Assembly: GCA_938002015.1 (NCBI GenBank)
Contig: CALLAU010000003.1
Coordinates: forward strand, 4,084 to 68,083
Origin: an uncultured Bdellovibrionales bacterium
GTDB taxonomy: Bacteria > Bdellovibrionota > Bdellovibrionia > Bdellovibrionales > UBA1609
Reading direction: 5' to 3'
Length of the DNA: 64,000 nt
Both the position numbers and the translations under genes were made by a program. Numbering within the stretch: position 1 is the stretch's first letter; each line of letters opens with the position of its first letter. This document shows, piece by piece, positions 58,597 through 64,000 of the stretch. The notes below the pieces were generated by a model, which made no database searches, was not told the origin of the DNA, and was given only the letters and a program-made list of their open reading frames with translations.

Positions 58597-60177
58597 ATGA
58601 AATTTTCACTTAGCTTAGTCCTCTTTTTTAGCCTGATTAGTTTTAGCACTTTTGCTAGCCAACTTAGTTATGTTGATATCAGAGATCATATCAAATACTC
58701 ACCTCTTGAGTATTCAAAAGTATCTAGACTTTTATTTGATCATGTCTCCAGTAACATTTGTGATTTTGTTTCTCCGCTAAATGAAAATATGCAAAGTTTT
58801 AATAAAAATCTTTGTAATCAAAAAATGAAGTACACTAAAGAAGGTGCTCTAGGACCTCTAGGAAATATTTCAGACGATAAATTCTTAGTAAGTGATTCTA
58901 GAGAAGAAACTCGAACCAACCTTATCTTCTCAGTTGAAATAGAAGAAGATGCTCAAATTAAAGGTTTAAATTTAAAAAGCTTAAAGGTTATTTTATTTAT
59001 CCATGATGAAACACAGTATAATGATTCTAATAATTTTTTCTTTAGAAGGTTTAACGTCACAGTAGATACAGAATCTGGAGAATTTTTTATAGATGATTTT
59101 CTTGAAGACATTCCTTTAAATCAAACTCAGTTCTCATTTTTTTCTGATGTGCTTGAAAGAAAAACAATACTTATCGATAAGCTAAATAGAATCACTAAAG
59201 TCTTTCCTATTGCTACAGGAGCTTTTGATATTCGAACACTTCCAGGAATGGACGGTCATGTTGCAAGCATGACTGAAGATTTAAAAGATGATGCAAGGAT
59301 TTATCCTAGTCAACCTGCTGGCTTATATGAAGAAAGACGTAACAAAGCCATCTATAGAAACAGACCTTTTTTAGGTATTGTTGATAATTCTGGAACAACT
59401 TATAAAGAAATTGGCTGGCATTATAAGATGACTGAAGGTGATCTTCTTAGAGCTTTTTCTACACATGGATGCATGAGAACAGATGATAAAGATCTTTATC
59501 AAATGTCAGCAATAGTTTTTTACAGCAAGCAAAACTTTATACCTATTAAAGTTGTGCAATCTTTTACCTTTGATGATGAGCTAACTCCACTTATTAACCT
59601 TAACCACCCTATGCCTTTAGAGAATAATTTCTATACTTATATTAATTACTACAATGCTGATTACTCCTCTAGAGAAAATCAAAGCAAAGTTTTAAATTCC
59701 AAAGTTTACAGACAACCAAGAAGCACGCCACTTTCAGAAGTTGAGCGTCTTCTTTGGTGCAGACATCATGGTGAGGCTCAACCAATTAGATCTTATGGAA
59801 CCTGGAGTAGTGCTTTAGACAGTCTCTGCCTTACTAAGACAAGAAGAAAAGAAGAGAGTGCTCTGCCTATAATTAACTATATTCTTAATCCTAAAGTGAA
59901 TGATAGACCATATTTTAGCCAAAGCTTTCCTAAGAAGCCGAAAATGATGAATGGACTTTGCACAGGCAGTTTAACCGCTGCATTTAATGAGTATAAAAGG
60001 CGTACTAATAATGAACTTCTACCTGAGGATAATTTATTAAATTTCCCAACCTATATTGCAAACTGCGGCTGTAATAGATTTGAAGAGGTTTTAAGACCAG
60101 CACTCATTAGATTTCAAGGCAAAATCCTCCTACAATCTGATAAAAACGATATCCTTGCTAAGTACTGCAGCAGATAA
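58597..60177 (+). CDS. Exported L,D-transpeptidase (YkuD) domain protein
   Basis: Signal peptide, KVFPIATG, GWH-x13-THGCMR; Cys-rich C-terminal extension. Confidence 0.78.
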   Translation: MKFSLSLVLFFSLISFSTFASQLSYVDIRDHIKYSPLEYSKVSRLLFDHVSSNICDFVSPLNENMQSFNKNLCNQKMKYTKEGALGPLGNISDDKFLVSDSREETRTNLIFSVEIEEDAQIKGLNLKSLKVILFIHDETQYNDSNNFFFRRFNVTVDTESGEFFIDDFLEDIPLNQTQFSFFSDVLERKTILIDKLNRITKVFPIATGAFDIRTLPGMDGHVASMTEDLKDDARIYPSQPAGLYEERRNKAIYRNRPFLGIVDNSGTTYKEIGWHYKMTEGDLLRAFSTHGCMRTDDKDLYQMSAIVFYSKQNFIPIKVVQSFTFDDELTPLINLNHPMPLENNFYTYINYYNADYSSRENQSKVLNSKVYRQPRSTPLSEVERLLWCRHHGEAQPIRSYGTWSSALDSLCLTKTRRKEESALPIINYILNPKVNDRPYFSQSFPKKPKMMNGLCTGSLTAAFNEYKRRTNNELLPEDNLLNFPTYIANCGCNRFEEVLRPALIRFQGKILLQSDKNDILAKYCSR

Positions 60178-60244
60178 GGCTCCATCTCTTTCTTGACTTA
60201 AAGAGCCCATAAACTAAGTTTGGTTCTTACTACTAGGGGGATTT

Positions 60245-60694
60245 ATGCGCTTATTCACAATTTTAAGTTTTTTCTTTATCATCACAGGACAAAACGCTTT
60301 TGCAAGTTCATCACTACTTTGCTCAATGGTAGATAAACCTGAAACATCCCAAATGAAAATAGATTATGAAGGCATCATACCTCATAAAATTTTCTTTAAA
60401 ATACCTGAGCCTGAAGGCTTTAAAGAATTAAATGTTGAAATAGAGCCTGTGTTTGAAAGAAACGAAAAACAAGAAGAGTCTTTTAGTGTAAAGCCTATAT
60501 ATGACAAAGAAATCGACTGGGATAAAGAGCCTGAGTGTTATAAAGAGATTGGAACACAGTGGTACTTTGTTTTTCGTCACCTTCAAGATGATTTTTTAGT
60601 ACAGTTTACTCCATACTTTAAAACAGCTTACACCCTTTGTTACCTACCAAGGTTTCAGCCACAAACTCACAGACTAGATTGTAAAGAAATTTAA
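60245..60694 (+). CDS. Hypothetical exported protein
   Basis: Signal peptide ending AFA, four Cys including terminal L.C motifs. Confidence 0.7.
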   Translation: MRLFTILSFFFIITGQNAFASSSLLCSMVDKPETSQMKIDYEGIIPHKIFFKIPEPEGFKELNVEIEPVFERNEKQEESFSVKPIYDKEIDWDKEPECYKEIGTQWYFVFRHLQDDFLVQFTPYFKTAYTLCYLPRFQPQTHRLDCKEI

Positions 60695-60701
60695 GAAAAA
60701 A

Positions 60702-61073
60702 ATGTCAGATTCATCATCAGAAGAAATTACATTGCCACCATGCCCAGAATGTAATTCTAAATACTCCTACATTGATAGAGATTTCTTTGCTTGTCCTGAA
60801 TGTGGACATGAGTGGTCAAAAGACATTTCTTTAAAAAGCTTAGAAAACATAGATGAAAAAGTTTTTAAAGATGTAAATGGTAATACTTTAGAAAATGGTG
60901 ACACTGTAACTGTTATTAAAGATCTAAAAGTAAAAGGCTCTTCAACGGTTGTTAAAGTCGGAACCAAAGTTAAAAACATCAGGCTTGTTGATGGAGATCA
61001 TGACATTGATTGCAAGATTCCAGGTATTGGATCAATGCAACTTAAAACTCAATTTGTTAAAAAAGTAAAATAA
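60702..61073 (+). CDS. yjdM: PhnA/YjdM zinc-ribbon protein
   Basis: CPECNS...[32 protein letters not shown]. Confidence 0.92.
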   Translation: MSDSSSEEITLPPCPECNSKYSYIDRDFFACPECGHEWSKDISLKSLENIDEKVFKDVNGNTLENGDTVTVIKDLKVKGSSTVVKVGTKVKNIRLVDGDHDIDCKIPGIGSMQLKTQFVKKVK

Positions 61074-61145
61074 GCCTAGCTCTTTTATGAGTTTTCCTTT
61101 TAAGAACGCGACAAGCTTTACATAAGTGATATAATTTAATCACTT

Positions 61146-62174
61146 ATGCCAAAGAAAACTAAAAACTATTCATGGACTAGACTAAAGGACTCTGAACTTT
61201 TAGAACTTAGATTTTGTGATCTTGAATTAGAAGTAAAAGGAAGCAGAATCACCCCTCATATCAACCAACTCTATAAAGAATTAAAACAAAGAAAAATTGA
61301 ATTTAATCCACATGTTTGGATTGCTCAAGACTGGTTTGCAATGGATGGAATCCCTGGAATAGCAGTGCCTTTTTATATTATGCATGAAAGACTTGCTAAA
61401 TTAAGCAGAAAGCTTATTACAGATGTTGAAGGTTTTAATAACAGAGACTGCATAAAACTTTTAAGACATGAAGCCGGACATGCAATTGATAATGCCTATA
61501 AACTTAGACTTTCTAGAAAAAGGCAAAAGCTCTTTGGCCTTTCTTCTCAGGATTACCCAGAGCGCTACTCCCCGCGGGCCTACTCAAAAAAATACGTTGT
61601 CCATTTAAACTCATGGTACGCTCAAGCTCATCCTGACGAAGACTGGGCTGAAACTTTTGCTGTGTGGCTTAATCCAAAATCAAACTGGAAACAAAGATAT
61701 AAAAACTGGCCAGCTTTAAATAAGTTAAAACTAGTAAATGAACTTATGAATGAGATTAAAGATGTACCACCATTTGTTACACGAACAGAGCAGCCTGGTG
61801 ATATTACAAAAAGTAGAAAAAAATTAAAAACTTTTTTTAATGAAAAAAGAGAAGCTATGGGTTTAGAAAAACCCTTCTACCTTGAACCGTTACTCGTTAG
61901 GCTTTTCTCCTCTGAGCCTGAATTTAAAAAAAGAAAAAGAGCTGCAAATTTTATTCGTGATGAAAGACCCTTAATAAGAGAAAAAGTTGCTAGATGGACT
62001 GGGCAGTATAAGTACACAATTGATTTAATGCTTAATGAAGTTATCCAGTCTTGTAAGGAAAAAAATATGCACCTTACAAAATCAGAGAGAGAAACAAGAC
62101 TTGATCTAGTTGGCATGCTTACAGCTCAAACACTTAATTACATCAACTCTGGACATCATAAAATAGCCATGTAG
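61146..62174 (+). CDS. Putative zinc-binding metallopeptidase
   Basis: RHEAGHA zincin motif and YAQAHPDEDWAETFA. Confidence 0.85.
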   Translation: MPKKTKNYSWTRLKDSELLELRFCDLELEVKGSRITPHINQLYKELKQRKIEFNPHVWIAQDWFAMDGIPGIAVPFYIMHERLAKLSRKLITDVEGFNNRDCIKLLRHEAGHAIDNAYKLRLSRKRQKLFGLSSQDYPERYSPRAYSKKYVVHLNSWYAQAHPDEDWAETFAVWLNPKSNWKQRYKNWPALNKLKLVNELMNEIKDVPPFVTRTEQPGDITKSRKKLKTFFNEKREAMGLEKPFYLEPLLVRLFSSEPEFKKRKRAANFIRDERPLIREKVARWTGQYKYTIDLMLNEVIQSCKEKNMHLTKSERETRLDLVGMLTAQTLNYINSGHHKIAM

Positions 62175-62204
62175 CTATTTTAAAAAACAAGAGGTTAAAA
62201 GAAA

Positions 62205-63218
62205 ATGAAAATACTTCTTCTTATTCACTCAGATCTAATACCACCAGAAAATATTAAAGATGTTAACTTAGAAGAAGTGCCGTGGAGGACTGAGTATGAT
62301 GTTAAAAATGCACTTTTAAAATTAGGTCATAAAGTTGAAGTGCTTGGAGTAACAGAAAGTCTTTTAAAAATTAGAGATGCTATTAAAAATATTAAACCTC
62401 ATATTGTATTTAACTTACTAGAAGAGTTTAAAGGGGAAGCTATTTTTGATCAAAATATCGTAAGCTACCTTGAACTCTTAGGAACAGCTTACACTGGATC
62501 AAATCCAAAAGGAATGATTATTGGAAGAGATAAAGCATTATCAAAGAAAATACTTTCATATCACAAGATTCCTACACCAAAGTTTCAAGTATTTCCTAGG
62601 AATAAACCACGAAAGAAACTCACACTCAAAAGCTTTCCACTTATTGTAAAATGCTTAAATGAAGAAGCTTCTAGGGGTATTTCTCAAGCCTCCATAGTTA
62701 ATAATGAAGAAAAGCTTTTAGAAAGAGTTAGATTTATTCACACAAAATACAGGACTGACGCTATTGTTGAGCAATTCATTGAAGGAAAAGAATATTTTGT
62801 TGGAGTTATGGGAAACTATAGACTTGAAACACTCCCTGCATGGGAACTAAAGTTTAAAGACGTAGAGCACCCTGAAAAAGAGTTTTATACAGAACAAGCA
62901 AAATTCAATACAGAGTACAGAAAAAGAAAAGGAATTTCTACAGGTAAAGCAGATATTAAAGCTGATATGGAAGAAGCTTTACAAAGGTTTGCAAAAAGAT
63001 CTTATAAAGCTCTTGGGCTAAGTGGTTATGCACGAATGGATATGAGAGTAGATAAACTTGGAAAGATTTATTTACTTGAAGCTAATCCAAATCCAGATAT
63101 ATCTGAATCAGATGACTTTGCTCAAAGTGCTAAGAAAAGAGGTTATACATATAAAATTCTCTTAGAGAAAATTATTCGCCTTGGAAGACAGTGGAGCCCA
63201 ACAGATCAACATTCTTAA
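62205..63218 (+). CDS. D-Ala-D-Ala-ligase-like ATP-grasp enzyme
   Basis: VFNL.E, YTGS, DK..SK, EEASRGI, VEQFIEG.E, YARMD.R, EANPNP. Confidence 0.88.
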   Translation: MKILLLIHSDLIPPENIKDVNLEEVPWRTEYDVKNALLKLGHKVEVLGVTESLLKIRDAIKNIKPHIVFNLLEEFKGEAIFDQNIVSYLELLGTAYTGSNPKGMIIGRDKALSKKILSYHKIPTPKFQVFPRNKPRKKLTLKSFPLIVKCLNEEASRGISQASIVNNEEKLLERVRFIHTKYRTDAIVEQFIEGKEYFVGVMGNYRLETLPAWELKFKDVEHPEKEFYTEQAKFNTEYRKRKGISTGKADIKADMEEALQRFAKRSYKALGLSGYARMDMRVDKLGKIYLLEANPNPDISESDDFAQSAKKRGYTYKILLEKIIRLGRQWSPTDQHS

Positions 63219-63383
63219 TAACTAAATACATAAGCCACAAAACAGCCTAAACCTTTTGAATGCATTTCTATTTCTCTGCCTAAAATTATCGCTTAATTAT
63301 CACGGGGTATAATGGATTAAGTCTCCTCGCGTGTTAGTTAATTGCTTTATATTTAATCTTTAAATTAAGGCCAACAGCACATT

Positions 63384-64000
63384 ATGCTTAAAAAAATCAA
63401 TTCTTTTACAGACCCTAAGGTCTTTTGGATATCAAATCTTGCTATTTTCATACTCATTGGCCTTACACTAACTTATGGAAACAAACTCGTTCTTCAAACT
63501 GCTCAACTTAAAGCACTTATATTAGAAAATTTTGCCTGGGCTTATATTCTGCCTATAATTTGGATTATCTATTTTATCTCAAGAATTTGCTATAAATACG
63601 GCGATGTAAAACTTGGTGGAGCAGATGCCAAGCCTGAGTTTTCAAAGTTTAGCTGGGTTTCTATGCTCTTTAGTGCAGGGCTTGGTATTGGTCTTTTCTA
63701 CTCAGGTGTTTATGAGCCTATGTCACATTATTTTATAGCTCCTCACATTTCGCATTTAGATGGATTTGAAAGGTTTATAGGAGCACTAGATGTAACTTAC
63801 TTTCACTGGGGTTTACCGGCTTGGATTTTATATAGCGCTACAGGGCTGATGTTTGCATACGTAAGTTATAACTTAAAAAAACCTTTTATATATGCCGCTT
63901 TTATCCCAGAAAAATATGTACGGACTCGAGTGCTTATAAATGTGTTTGCAATTTTATGTATTCTTATTGGTCTTATCATTGCTTTTGCAATGGGTGTTGA
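63384..64000 (+). CDS. BCCT (betaine/carnitine/choline) transporter, 3' end outside window
   Basis: From ATG 63384: KLGGADAKPEFSKFSWVSMLFSAGLGIGL...EPMSHY...FHWG. Not in the ORF track. Confidence 0.93.
   Translation, partial: MLKKINSFTDPKVFWISNLAIFILIGLTLTYGNKLVLQTAQLKALILENFAWAYILPIIWIIYFISRICYKYGDVKLGGADAKPEFSKFSWVSMLFSAGLGIGLFYSGVYEPMSHYFIAPHISHLDGFERFIGALDVTYFHWGLPAWILYSATGLMFAYVSYNLKKPFIYAAFIPEKYVRTRVLINVFAILCILIGLIIAFAMGV

Noticed and set aside
2711..62116. Many 60-112 aa ORFs nested in or antisense to longer genes (e.g. 2711, 5551, 8602, 9016, 11945, 15372, 29937, 42995, 48941, 57574, 61877)
   Set aside because: They overlap well-supported CDSs and show no motifs of their own.
1..64000. 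CRISPR array, rRNA or standard tRNA genes
   Set aside because: No regularly spaced repeat-spacer series or cas genes seen; the only tRNA-like structure is the tmRNA.

Overview
AT-rich (about one-third GC by eye) bacterial chromosomal window, most likely Bdellovibrionota. This is inferred from a TIGR02147/DUF4423-type regulator, a SWIB protein, a secreted L,D-transpeptidase and many orphan exported proteins. It runs from the 5' part of leuS (minus strand, cut by the left edge and missed by the ORF track) to a partial BCCT transporter (cut by the right edge). Most genes are housekeeping, signalling or transport genes. Two things stand out. (1) A tmRNA (ssrA) gene at 9704-10056 is an integration hotspot. 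A ~6.4 kb element (XRE, DUF4238, TerS-like peptide, DUF559-like nuclease, Xis, tyrosine integrase) is bounded by copies of the tmRNA 3' end. It is followed by a one-gene unit and the left end of a third related element. (2) Two unlinked orphan genes share a consensus sigma-54 (-24/-12) promoter, a Sec signal peptide and a C-x-x-V-L motif just after the predicted cleavage site. One encodes two OmpR/PhoB-type winged-helix DNA-binding domains behind the signal peptide, so it is a candidate exported DNA-binding effector. All calls come from motif recognition by eye; no database searches were run.
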